The notes: generated by a model from the letters alone, not told the origin. Shown: positions 8,722-18,578, counted from the stretch's first letter. The stretch is 64,000 nt of DNA from Pseudomonadota bacterium (GCA_018262195.1 JAGTRS010000017.1:639-64638); one strand, 5' to 3'. Translations and numbers: made by a program.

Positions 8722-11700
8722 ATGTCCCAGCGCCTCTACAAGATTCGCGGCAGCCGCGAAGACGCCATTCGCCGCAATGCCGGCGGCCCGCAGCCGCTGT
8801 TCCGTTTGTTGCCGGGAACTGCCCGGGATGGCAGCGGGGATCAAGTGGAGGTCAGCGGCGAAACCGTGGTTCGGGTCGAACTCGACAACGGTTTCGTGCT
8901 GTGGAGCCGGGTCGATGACCTGTCACGCGATTTCGGTACGCCCCCGGCCCGCGATGGCAGCGAGGCCTGGGACTTCACCCGCCTCACCCCGCGCCACACG
9001 GCGAGCAGCGAACGCGGGTTGGGCGGACTGGCGATTCGCGTGCTCGAATTTTTTGGCGTCGATCTGGCCGAAAAAGCCGCCGGAAAACTGGGCAAGCATT
9101 TCGAGGAAAAACTGCTCGGCAAGCATCCGCCCGGTTTATACCGGCTCGACCTGGCGGCTGACTTTGCCCTCAAGCCGGTCGCCGAGAAGGAGGTCTTGCC
9201 TGCCACGGCCGGACCGCTGCTGGTTTTCCTGCACGGCACAGCCTCATCCGGCGAGGGCAGTTTCGGCAAGCTGTGGGATCCCGGCAACACCGAAGGCGCA
9301 CGCCTGCGCGAAGCCCTGTTGCCAACCTATGGCGACCGCGTCTTTTCGCTTGAACACCGGACGCTGACGGAAAGCCCGATCGACAACGCACTGGCCCTGG
9401 CCAAACGCCTGCCCGAAGGGGCCGAAATCCATCTGGTCAGCCATTCCCGAGGCGGCCTGGTTGGCGAAGTAATGGCCCTGTCCGGCTGCACTAACCTGGC
9501 CGAGACATTGACCAAGGAACACGTCAAGACACTGTTCGCCGCTGACCGCACGCTGGCACCGCAACTCGGCCTGCTGCCGCTCTCCGATGCCGAGATGAAG
9601 GCCCGCGATGCCGCCTACGACAACGACCGCAAGCTGTTGCTCGAGCTGATCGGCGTCTTCGCCAAGAAGAAACTGCGCGTTGGCCGCTTTGTCCGCGTCG
9701 CCTGCCCGGCCCGCGGCACCACGCTGGCCTCCGGCCGCCTTGACCGCTGGCTGTCGGTGCTCGATTACGTTGCCACCGCAGCCACCGGCGACGGCCTGTT
9801 CGCCGACGGGCTCGATTTCCTGCTCGCCGTCGTCAAGGAGCGCACCGATCCGCGCACCCTGCCCGGCGTCGAAGCGATGATGCCCGGCTCAGCGCTCACC
9901 CGCCTGCTCAACAACACGCCGGAACTGGCCAGTAGCGCCGACCTGTCGGTGATCGCCGGCGACATCCAGGCCGGCGACGGCCTGTGGAACACCCTGAAGG
10001 TGCTGGCCTCCGACTGGTTCTACAAGAATGAACATGACCTCGTCGTCGACACCGCCTCGATGAGCGGCGGCCTGCCGCGCCTCGGCAGTGGCGCCCGCGT
10101 CCGCCAGGATCAGGGCCCCAAGGTCAATCACTTCCGTTATTTCACCAACGAACAAAGCGTGCGCTGGCTGCGCGCCGGCCTGACCCGCACCGACGGTGAC
10201 AGTGGCGGCTTTCAGACGATCACTCCCAAAGGCTATCTCGGCCCGCGCTGTGCGGCGGCGGTCACTCGCAGCCGTGGCGGCAACAAGCCACGGCCGATTG
10301 TCGTCATGCTGCCCGGCACCATGGGCAGCGAACTGAATGCCGGCGACGACGCGGTCTGGCTGAACTACTGGTCCCTGCTCAAGGGCGGCCTGAAGAAAAT
10401 CGCCATGGGCCGCGACAGCATCACGCCGGTCGGGCTGGTCGACCAGTTCTACGGCCCGCTGGTCGAATTCCTGGCGCGTAGCCATCAGGTCGAAATCTTC
10501 CCCTACGACTGGCGCTTTTCCGTCCGCAAGGCGGCGGCCAAGCTGGCTGTCACGCTCGAACCGCTGGTCAGCCAGGCCGAACGCTCCGGCCAGCCGCTGC
10601 GCCTGGTCGCCCACTCGATGGGCGGCCTGGTCGTCCGCTCGATGATCGCCGATGGCGGGCCCGGCACGGCACTGTGGAAGCGCATCATCCGCCTGCCTGG
10701 CAGCCGCTTCCTGATGCTCGGCACGCCCAACCTCGGCTCCTACGAAGCCGTGCGCTGGCTGACCGGCTTCAATCCGACTCAATCCAAGCTGTCGCTCCTC
10801 GACATCACGCAAAGCACCGACCAGATTGTTGGCCTGGTCGCTCGTTATCCCGGGCTGCTCGAACTATTGCCCTTCGCGCCGGATGATCCGGATTTTGCCG
10901 ATCAGTCGCGGTGGACAGCCCTGCGCAAGGAACTCGGCGCCCGCTGGGATACCGCCGAAAGTGCGGACCTGCAGGAAGCCGCCGCAACCTGGAAGTTTCT
11001 CAGGACTGCACCGCCCGATCCGCAGCACATGGCCTATGTCGCCGGCTGCCAGCCGGCCACGGTGATCGACTATCAGCTCAGCGCCGGCGACATTCCCTTC
11101 CGTCCCGACCTCAAGCGCCTCGAATTCGTCGCCACTCGCGAGGGCGACGGCACGGTGGCCTGGGCCTCCGGGCGCCTGCCGGGGGTGCCGGTCTGGTACG
11201 TCGACAACACCGCGCACGACATGCTGTGCGCTCAGCCCAAGGCCTTCCCCGGCTATCTCGACATTCTGGTCAATGGCCAGACCAGCCTGCTACCCAGCGC
11301 GCCTCCGGCCCGCAGCCGCAGCGCGGCCGGCGAGGAACGCTTCGTACTGCCCTCCGCCCCACCCGCCGATGGCATTCCGTCGCCCGATGAAATCGCCGGC
11401 TTCGGCTTCTCCGGTCAACTGCCCGAGCTGACTGAAGGCGAACGGCAATCGCCACCAATCGAGGTCAGCATCCGCCACGGCAACCTGACCTACGCCCGAC
11501 ACCCGGTGCTCGTCGGCCACTACCAAGGCGACACGGTGATCAGCGCCGAAGCGGTACTCGACCGCCAACTCGGCAACCACCTGACCCGCCGGCTCGACCT
11601 CGGCATCTACCCAGGGCCGCTCGGCAGCCACACCGTTTTCCTCAACGATTCGCCAACGGCCAAGCCGATGGGTGCCCTCGTCGTCGGCCTCGGCCAGATC

Positions 11701-14139
11701 GGCGGGCTCAGCCCGGGTCTGCTCGAATCCTCGGTGCGTGATGCCCTGCTCGATTTCGCCCTGAAGGTCGCCTACTGGCCCGATGCCCGCTTCGGTGAAG
11801 AAGGCCGGCCGCGTTCGGCCGCCGTCACCTGCCTGCTCGTCGGAACCGGCGCCGGTGGCCTGCCGATCGGCGACTCGCTGGAAGCCATGCTGCGCGCCGC
11901 CATTGCCACCAACGCAGCGCTGGCCGAACATGAACTGGAAGGCCGCGTGCTGATCGACCGCCTCGAACTGCTCGAACTCTACGAGGATGTCGCCATCTCG
12001 GCGGCCGAGGCACTCGGTCGGATCCTGCTCAACGAGCAGCTTGCCCCGGCCATCCGCTGGCCGTCCGGCTGCGTTGAAAGCGCCCAGGCTGGCCGCCGCC
12101 GGGTGCGATTCGACACCCCCAACGAGTGGTATCAGCGCCTCGAAATCGTCCGCCAGGACGACCGCCTGCGCTTCCTTTTCCCGACCGATCGGGCTCGCGC
12201 CGAAGAAACACTGGCCACTGGGCAACTGGCGCTGGCCGACGCCTTCGTCAGGATCGCCAGCCGCGACACCGGCCAGAACTCGGAAGCGGCCAAGACGCTG
12301 TACGAAATGCTGCTGCCACTGCGCCTGCGCGAACTGTCGCCGCAGCAGGGCAACCTGGTCGTCATCGTCGATAGCCAGTCGGCCCGTTATCCGTGGGAGC
12401 TGCTCGAGAACCGCTGGAGCGTCGGCGAACGTCCGCCCTCGGTCGCCGCCGGCTTCGTCCGCCAGTTCCGCACCGCCGACTTCCGTCAGCGGCCGGCCCA
12501 CGGCCTCGCCAACACGGCGCTGGTCATCGGCAATCCCGACCTGCAGAACCATCCCGACTTCTGCGACCTGCCCGGCGCCCGTGACGAGGCGCAACAGGTG
12601 GCCGAGCAACTGGCCGCCAACGCTTACGATGTGCTCGACTGCATCGAACAGACGGCGACGCCGATCATGGAGTCGCTGCACAGGAACAGCTGGCGCATCC
12701 TGCATCTGGCCGGGCATGGCGTGCATGAATATCCGATGCCGGCCGGCAAGGTCTCCGGCATGGTGATCGGTCCGGACAATTTCCTGACTCCGGGCGACAT
12801 CGCGCAGATGCGCTTCGTGCCGGAACTGGTCTTCGTCAATTGCTGCCATCTCGGCCGCGTGGACGGCAATCGCGATCTCGACCGCCTGGGTCTGGCGGCC
12901 AACCTCGGTGAGGAATTCATCCGCATGGGCGTGCGTGCCGTGATCGCCGCCGGCTGGGCGGTGGATGACCGGGCCGGGCAGGCCTTCGCCGCCACTTTCT
13001 ACCGCGGCATGCTGGCTGGCGAAGCTTTTGGCGAAGCCATCCGCGTCGCCCGCGAGGATGTCTGGCAACGCTTCCCGGACGTCAACACCTGGGGTGCCTA
13101 CCAGTGCTACGGCGATCCCGACTTCCGCTTCCACCGCGATGGCTCGGCTCCACAGCACGCCGTCACGCCGTTCGCAACAGCCCACGAACTGGTCGCTGAA
13201 TTTGAAAACATCGCTGCCGACCAGCGCGCCGGCGCCACGGACGACGCCTGCGGCAAGATCGAACGACGCCTGGCACGCATTCCCGCCTGTCAGAAGGAAA
13301 GCTGGCTGGCCCGGGCCGATGTGCAAGCCGCGCTCGGTCTGGCCTGGGGCGAGGCCCGCTGCTGGCCGGAAGCCATCGCCTGTCTGGGAAAGGCGCTGAC
13401 GGCCGACAAGGGCGACTGCTCGATGCGTGCGCTGGAGCAATATGCCAATTTCCGGGTGCGCTACGCGGCCGAACTCTGGCAAGGCGCCAGCCACAAAGCC
13501 GCCAGGACCCGCGAGAAACTGCGGGTCGAGCAGGCCGAACTGATTGAATCGGCCATTCTCGATCTCGACACCCTGTGCCGCCGTGCCCCCACCGTCGAAC
13601 GCCTGAACCTGCTGGGCAGTGCCTACAAGCGACTGGCCCTGGTCGAGGAAGAAGGTCCGCGCCGGATGGAAGCGCTGGTCAACATGGCCCAGCACTACCG
13701 GCTGGCCTACGAGCGGCGGCACGACGCCTACGCTTTCACCAACTGGCTGGCCGGCGCCCTGCTCACCGCCCAGCGCGGCGAATCGCCGGCAGCGGCCGAT
13801 CCGGTTGCCATGCAACGTGAACTCGACAGCCTGCTGCGCGACCTGTCGCAACGCAACGAATACGACCCGAATTTCTGGGACAGTGCCAGCCTGGCCGACC
13901 TGCAGCTGATCAAGCTGCTGTCAAAACCGGCGGCGCCACCACGAAAACGGGGCGAGGCGGCATCGCCGGCACCGGGTGTTGCGGTGCTGCACGCCTACCG
14001 CGATGCCATCGCCCGCGGCGCCAGCCCGCGCGAAGTGTCGTCGGTGGCCGAGCATATCGACTTCCTGCTCGCCCTGTGGGCGCCGGATGACAAGGCGAAC
14101 CGGCGCATCCTCGAACAGATTCAGGAGAACCTGTCATGA
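8722..14139 (+). CDS. 1805-aa multidomain protein: two alpha/beta-hydrolase domains, CHAT protease, C-terminal TPR-like region
   Basis: FLHGT/SHSRGG/DLVV/NHF; PGTMGS/YDWR/AHSMGG/GTPNLGS/GDGTV/AH; CHAT YPWELL, LPGARDEA, LHLAGHG, FVNCCHLG, WAVDD, YQCYGDP; helical tail with LGSAYKRLA. Confidence 0.88.
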   Translation: MSQRLYKIRGSREDAIRRNAGGPQPLFRLLPGTARDGSGDQVEVSGETVVRVELDNGFVLWSRVDDLSRDFGTPPARDGSEAWDFTRLTPRHTASSERGLGGLAIRVLEFFGVDLAEKAAGKLGKHFEEKLLGKHPPGLYRLDLAADFALKPVAEKEVLPATAGPLLVFLHGTASSGEGSFGKLWDPGNTEGARLREALLPTYGDRVFSLEHRTLTESPIDNALALAKRLPEGAEIHLVSHSRGGLVGEVMALSGCTNLAETLTKEHVKTLFAADRTLAPQLGLLPLSDAEMKARDAAYDNDRKLLLELIGVFAKKKLRVGRFVRVACPARGTTLASGRLDRWLSVLDYVATAATGDGLFADGLDFLLAVVKERTDPRTLPGVEAMMPGSALTRLLNNTPELASSADLSVIAGDIQAGDGLWNTLKVLASDWFYKNEHDLVVDTASMSGGLPRLGSGARVRQDQGPKVNHFRYFTNEQSVRWLRAGLTRTDGDSGGFQTITPKGYLGPRCAAAVTRSRGGNKPRPIVVMLPGTMGSELNAGDDAVWLNYWSLLKGGLKKIAMGRDSITPVGLVDQFYGPLVEFLARSHQVEIFPYDWRFSVRKAAAKLAVTLEPLVSQAERSGQPLRLVAHSMGGLVVRSMIADGGPGTALWKRIIRLPGSRFLMLGTPNLGSYEAVRWLTGFNPTQSKLSLLDITQSTDQIVGLVARYPGLLELLPFAPDDPDFADQSRWTALRKELGARWDTAESADLQEAAATWKFLRTAPPDPQHMAYVAGCQPATVIDYQLSAGDIPFRPDLKRLEFVATREGDGTVAWASGRLPGVPVWYVDNTAHDMLCAQPKAFPGYLDILVNGQTSLLPSAPPARSRSAAGEERFVLPSAPPADGIPSPDEIAGFGFSGQLPELTEGERQSPPIEVSIRHGNLTYARHPVLVGHYQGDTVISAEAVLDRQLGNHLTRRLDLGIYPGPLGSHTVFLNDSPTAKPMGALVVGLGQIGGLSPGLLESSVRDALLDFALKVAYWPDARFGEEGRPRSAAVTCLLVGTGAGGLPIGDSLEAMLRAAIATNAALAEHELEGRVLIDRLELLELYEDVAISAAEALGRILLNEQLAPAIRWPSGCVESAQAGRRRVRFDTPNEWYQRLEIVRQDDRLRFLFPTDRARAEETLATGQLALADAFVRIASRDTGQNSEAAKTLYEMLLPLRLRELSPQQGNLVVIVDSQSARYPWELLENRWSVGERPPSVAAGFVRQFRTADFRQRPAHGLANTALVIGNPDLQNHPDFCDLPGARDEAQQVAEQLAANAYDVLDCIEQTATPIMESLHRNSWRILHLAGHGVHEYPMPAGKVSGMVIGPDNFLTPGDIAQMRFVPELVFVNCCHLGRVDGNRDLDRLGLAANLGEEFIRMGVRAVIAAGWAVDDRAGQAFAATFYRGMLAGEAFGEAIRVAREDVWQRFPDVNTWGAYQCYGDPDFRFHRDGSAPQHAVTPFATAHELVAEFENIAADQRAGATDDACGKIERRLARIPACQKESWLARADVQAALGLAWGEARCWPEAIACLGKALTADKGDCSMRALEQYANFRVRYAAELWQGASHKAARTREKLRVEQAELIESAILDLDTLCRRAPTVERLNLLGSAYKRLALVEEEGPRRMEALVNMAQHYRLAYERRHDAYAFTNWLAGALLTAQRGESPAAADPVAMQRELDSLLRDLSQRNEYDPNFWDSASLADLQLIKLLSKPAAPPRKRGEAASPAPGVAVLHAYRDAIARGASPREVSSVAEHIDFLLALWAPDDKANRRILEQIQENLS

Positions 14140-14801
14140 GCCCGCGTCCGAAAAAAGCCACTGCCACCCCCGAAGTGACGCCCAAGTTTTTCCGCCGCAA
14201 GCGCGCGGCACCAACACCCGTTGCTCGCGACGTAGAGCCTGATTTTTCGAAAACGCCGCTCGACCAGATTCCCCTGAGCGGCCTGTCACCTCGCGCCCTG
14301 ATCGCCCCCAATTTCAGGGTCTATGAACTGACCCGCTCCGATCTGGCAGCGCGTCAGGGCATCGACAACGGCTTCGCCAGCGATGGCGAACTGCGCGCTG
14401 CAATTCATCTTGCCCGCCATGTGCTGCAACCGATCCGCGACAAGTTTGGCTCGTTTACGCCGAACAGCGTCTATCGCAGCCAGAAACTGGAACGCTCGCT
14501 GAAGAACAAGCCGGCGACCTGGCTCAGCACCAGCCAGCATGCCCGGGGCGAAGCCTGCGACATCGAGATCGTCGGCATGGCGACGCTGGAACTGGCCGCT
14601 TGGGCGCGTGACCATCTGGCCGATTTCGACCAGATCATCTGCGAATGCTACGACCCGGCCAAGGGACCGAATTCCGGCTGGGTGCACATCTCGCTGAAAG
14701 CCCCCGGCACCGGCACCAATCGCAAGCAATGCCTGAGCTATGTGCGTGACCCGGGCAGCGGTCGACTGGTCTACGTCACCGGCCTGACGGCAATGGTCTG
14801 A
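14136..14801 (+). CDS. Peptidase M15A-family zinc peptidase with basic N-terminal extension
   Basis: NFRVYEL, LQPIRD, SVYRS, SQHARGEACD and GWVHIS zinc-ligand motifs; ATGA overlap with the upstream gene. Confidence 0.85.
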   Translation: MSPRPKKATATPEVTPKFFRRKRAAPTPVARDVEPDFSKTPLDQIPLSGLSPRALIAPNFRVYELTRSDLAARQGIDNGFASDGELRAAIHLARHVLQPIRDKFGSFTPNSVYRSQKLERSLKNKPATWLSTSQHARGEACDIEIVGMATLELAAWARDHLADFDQIICECYDPAKGPNSGWVHISLKAPGTGTNRKQCLSYVRDPGSGRLVYVTGLTAMV

Positions 14802-14804
14802 GGC

Positions 14805-16358
14805 ATGCTGTCCGGCAAGATTGCCACCCTGCTGATCCTGGCCACCTTTTTATCGGTGATTGCGGCCCTGATCGTCGTCAGCCGTTATCGGTCAGCAATG
14901 AAACGACTGATGCAGGTCCCCGTGGCGGCGACGGGCTCGGGCGCGGAGCAGTCCCCGGCTGATTCAAGCCGGCTGCCCCCCCCAGCCGCAATCGGCCTGG
15001 CTGACAATCGGCGTGCCTACTGGAATCTGCTCGCAGCCTTCTGCGGCCTGACCCTGCTCATCGCGCTGACGCGAACGCTGATCACGCAATGGATCGCCGA
15101 CGGACCGATCACCATCAAGACGGTGGCCGCGCTGGGTGCCGCCTACGCCTGGCCTGTCCTGCCGGTCCTTGCCATGATCGGGCGCTGGAGCCGCTGGCGC
15201 TTCGTCGGCGCCATGCTGCTCTGGCTCATCGCGGCCGTTGCCCTGCTCACCTGGCGAACCAATGAAAATGTCCAGTTCATTCAGGTGCTGAAATGGATGT
15301 CCTTCGACATCGGCCTGCCACTCGTATTCGTTACCGCCATCTGCCTGGGCAGCGCCAGCCGTGCCATCGCCCCCTGGCTGGTTCCGCTGTTCGTGCTGCT
15401 GCTCTGGTCATCGCAAGCCGGCATCGACCTGCTGGAGGCCGAATTCAAAGGCGACAGCCCCATTTTCCACAGCTTCCTCAACACATTTGGCGGCACCGGC
15501 TCCATCGTCGCCGCCGCCATCCTGCCCTGGGTGATCGCCTGGTGGCCGGCTCGTCAGGTCGGCCGCTGGCTGGCCAAGGCCTACAGCAACCGTGCCGTAT
15601 CGGAGCTCTTCTACCTGTTCACCGCCGTCTGGGTCATTGCGCTGGCCTGGCCGGCCCTTGGTGCCATCGCCAGCCTCGGCTGGGGCGCCCTCGTCGTCTT
15701 CCTGCCGCTGCTCTGGATTCCGCTTGGTGCCCGTTTCATGCAGGCCACCACCGGCCAGCGCCACCCCGGCCGGCCGCCCACCCTGCTCGTATTGCGTGTC
15801 TTCCAGCAGGACGCCAATGTTCAGGATCTCTTCAACCGCGTCATCGAACGCTGGCGCCTGACCGGCAACACCGTGCTGATCGCCGGCACCGACCTCCTCA
15901 CCCATACCACCGACCCCGACGACATTTTCACCTTCCTCGACGGCCGTCTTGCCGAGCGCTTCATCCACAGCCCGGCCGATGTGCCGCGCCGGATCGCCGC
16001 CTTTGAATGGCAGCCCGATGTCGAAGGCCGATACCGCGTCAATGAATGCTATTGCCACGACACCACCTGGCAACTGGCGCTGGCCGAACTGCTGCGGGTC
16101 AGCGACGTAGTCCTGATGGACCTGCGCAACTTCGTCGCTGCCAACCGGGGCTGTCTCTACGAACTGGAAACCCTCTCCTCCGCGCCCGGGCTGAAGCGTA
16201 TCGTCGTGCTGGTCAACGACCGCACCGAGCTGGCCGCCGCCCAGGCAGCAACCAGCCAGGCTCCGGCCGGGCGTTTCGTCTGGGTCGCCCAGCAAGGCGA
16301 CACACCACCGGCAACCGAGCAGGTGCTGGCCCCCTTGTTGGCCAAGGCCCCGGCCTGA
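14805..16358 (+). CDS. Multi-pass membrane protein with C-terminal soluble alpha/beta (TIR/NDT-like) domain
   Basis: About 9-10 hydrophobic segments, then LLVLRVFQQD...W...SDVVLMDLR...GCLYELETL; the fold call is inference. Confidence 0.65.
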   Translation: MLSGKIATLLILATFLSVIAALIVVSRYRSAMKRLMQVPVAATGSGAEQSPADSSRLPPPAAIGLADNRRAYWNLLAAFCGLTLLIALTRTLITQWIADGPITIKTVAALGAAYAWPVLPVLAMIGRWSRWRFVGAMLLWLIAAVALLTWRTNENVQFIQVLKWMSFDIGLPLVFVTAICLGSASRAIAPWLVPLFVLLLWSSQAGIDLLEAEFKGDSPIFHSFLNTFGGTGSIVAAAILPWVIAWWPARQVGRWLAKAYSNRAVSELFYLFTAVWVIALAWPALGAIASLGWGALVVFLPLLWIPLGARFMQATTGQRHPGRPPTLLVLRVFQQDANVQDLFNRVIERWRLTGNTVLIAGTDLLTHTTDPDDIFTFLDGRLAERFIHSPADVPRRIAAFEWQPDVEGRYRVNECYCHDTTWQLALAELLRVSDVVLMDLRNFVAANRGCLYELETLSSAPGLKRIVVLVNDRTELAAAQAATSQAPAGRFVWVAQQGDTPPATEQVLAPLLAKAPA

Positions 16359-16549
16359 GCGCGCCACTACCTTTTGGAATGCCGTGTGCGGCATGAGCCG
16401 AGCTGACCAGCTACACATGTTCATTCAAAAATCGATGCGAGAGAGCCGCCTTTGACCTGTCCACCTTGCATCTCGCCTCATGATCGTGCTATCAGTTGCC
16501 CCATGAGCCGTCCTTCACACCCCACCACCCGCTCCGCGTGCCCCCTGCG

Positions 16550-17092
16550 ATGAGCCGCCAGAACCCCCGCCGTAGTCTGGCCAAGGAGCTTGCCGCTGCG
16601 GCCGCCAGCTATCAGGTAGCCGCCGTCATTCCGCACTGCGTCACATGCTCGAAGCCCTGCTGCCGACTCGACCCGCTCGTCCTCGAACTCGAGTGGAAAC
16701 AGCTCAAGGTAATCTGGCTACTTGACGAATCACGCAACGCCTTCGACCGGCGCCTCGCTTCAGGCAAAGGCCCGGAGGAAATCAGGTCAGCGGATGGCCT
16801 CTACTTTGCGCACCGCAAAGTCTGCCCTGCCTACGACGAAGGGCACGGCACGTGCCGGGTTTACGATCAGGATATCAAGCCGGCAGGTTGCTCTGACTTC
16901 CCGGTTTATGAAGATCAGGGCAGCATCACCGCCGACCTTCGCTGCGAAGCCGTTGACCTCAAGGCGCTGGTCGCCTGGATTGCTCGCGCTATCGGGCCGG
17001 AGTTCCGCATCATCCAGTCTGCCGACGCCGAGTTCCCCTTCCTGGTCACGCTCTCGGTGAAAGGCGGGGGCCGGCCAGGCCAGGGCCGTTAA
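16550..17092 (+). CDS. YkgJ-family cysteine-cluster protein
   Basis: CVTCSKPCC, CPAY, CRVY...PAGCSDFP pattern. Confidence 0.75.
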   Translation: MSRQNPRRSLAKELAAAAASYQVAAVIPHCVTCSKPCCRLDPLVLELEWKQLKVIWLLDESRNAFDRRLASGKGPEEIRSADGLYFAHRKVCPAYDEGHGTCRVYDQDIKPAGCSDFPVYEDQGSITADLRCEAVDLKALVAWIARAIGPEFRIIQSADAEFPFLVTLSVKGGGRPGQGR

Positions 17093-17342
17093 AGCACCGA
17101 CGAAGCGCCGGAATCACTGTCAAGACATCGTGTCTGCGGCGTAGTCATCCATCCTCAAAAATGCAACCACTTTGTGGCAGACTATCGGCATACAGGTGCG
17201 CGAGGCCATGGCCTGGCCCTTGTGATCGTCCCTGAATACGCAGCAAAAGATCTCCAGCCTGAGCAAACCGCCCCCGGCATTGTCCTGTTGCCCTCTGGGC
17301 TCAATCATTACGACCCGATAACACTGTCTGGAATTCGTCCTA

Positions 17343-18578
17343 GTGCATAGTCCCACGCTTCTCATTCTCGCCACGATCCTGATGGGGATCATGACCCTGA
17401 TGTTAATGGCGGCCTGGCGCTTCAATCGGCAGATTGCCGGATTTGGCTCCTGGGCCACATCCTATTTCTTCGGCACCTTGTTTTGCGTCAGCCTGCTGGT
17501 GCGGACGGCAGTTCCCGAAATCTGGTCAGTTATCGCTGCGCAAAGCCTGCTCTTCCTGATGGCCTACATGAGCCTGAGAGGGACACGGGCCTATGTCGGC
17601 CGACCCCAGTTCTCACCCGGCTACGCCGCTTTGGCGGTACTCCTGCTCATTGCCGCCTCGGCTTACTTCACGGCGATTCAACCCAATCCCGGCATTCGCT
17701 TCACACTGTCGAGCCTGATGGCCGGCGCCATTTTTCTGCTCTGCGCAAAAACCATCGCCACAGGAAAAATTCAGGAGTACCCGGCACGCTACCTCTTTGC
17801 CGGTGCTTGCGGGGGGCACGGTGTATTTTTGCTGCTTCGCCCCTGGCTATTCAGTCTGGGCAACACCGGCATCTTCGATGCAGCGCAGGCAATCACCGTC
17901 TCCCAGTTCGTCATGGTCGAATCCATCGCGGCCATCGTCCTGATGGCCTTTGGCATTGTCATGCTGGCCAATGAACAAGTGACGCTCGAATTAAGAACGA
18001 TCGCCGAAAGGGATCCACTGACCGGCGTATTCAACCGCCGTTCCTTTCTCACCTTGCTGGACAAGTGCATCAGCCAGGCGGACCGGACGAACACAGCGCT
18101 GTCGATCATGCTGATCGACCTCGACCATTTCAAAAGGGTCAATGACACCTGGGGTCACAAGAGCGGCGATGAAGCCTTGCGCCATTTCGTGGCTGTTGCC
18201 GTGCACAGTGTACGTAACGGGGACATCATCGGTCGCATCGGCGGTGAAGAGTTTGCGATTCTGCTACCCAATACGGGCCTGACCGAGGCCGGGGCTGTTG
18301 CCGAGCGCCTGCGCGGCGATGTGGCGGCGAAACCACTCGACAACGAACAGGGTGACATCCCCTTGACGGTCAGCATTGGCGTCACGCATCACTACAATAT
18401 CGAGGCGCCGGAAGTCACGCTGCATCGTGCAGATAACGCCATGTACTTGGCAAAAAAGAACGGGCGTAACCGGGTTGAAGTGGCAGCCTGCCCAAGCAGC
18501 GCCGGCAAACCTGAATCGCCGGACAATCCGCCTGAGTCGGGTCAGCAAGGCGAGGAGCGCCAAGCCACAAGCCTTTGA
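17343..18578 (+). CDS. Membrane-bound diguanylate cyclase
   Basis: Multiple N-terminal TMs; DPLTGVFNRR, DLDHFKRVND, RNGD I-site, GGEEF. Confidence 0.92.
   Translation: MHSPTLLILATILMGIMTLMLMAAWRFNRQIAGFGSWATSYFFGTLFCVSLLVRTAVPEIWSVIAAQSLLFLMAYMSLRGTRAYVGRPQFSPGYAALAVLLLIAASAYFTAIQPNPGIRFTLSSLMAGAIFLLCAKTIATGKIQEYPARYLFAGACGGHGVFLLLRPWLFSLGNTGIFDAAQAITVSQFVMVESIAAIVLMAFGIVMLANEQVTLELRTIAERDPLTGVFNRRSFLTLLDKCISQADRTNTALSIMLIDLDHFKRVNDTWGHKSGDEALRHFVAVAVHSVRNGDIIGRIGGEEFAILLPNTGLTEAGAVAERLRGDVAAKPLDNEQGDIPLTVSIGVTHHYNIEAPEVTLHRADNAMYLAKKNGRNRVEVAACPSSAGKPESPDNPPESGQQGEERQATSL

Noticed and set aside
11290-13851. 853-aa minus-strand ORF, and similar shadows over tkt/prk, cbbO and prlC
   Set aside because: Antisense to well-supported genes, with no motifs
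7852-16358. Gasdermin or type III-E CRISPR (Craspase) system
   Set aside because: No gasdermin-like ORF, Cas7-11 or CRISPR array recognised near the proteases
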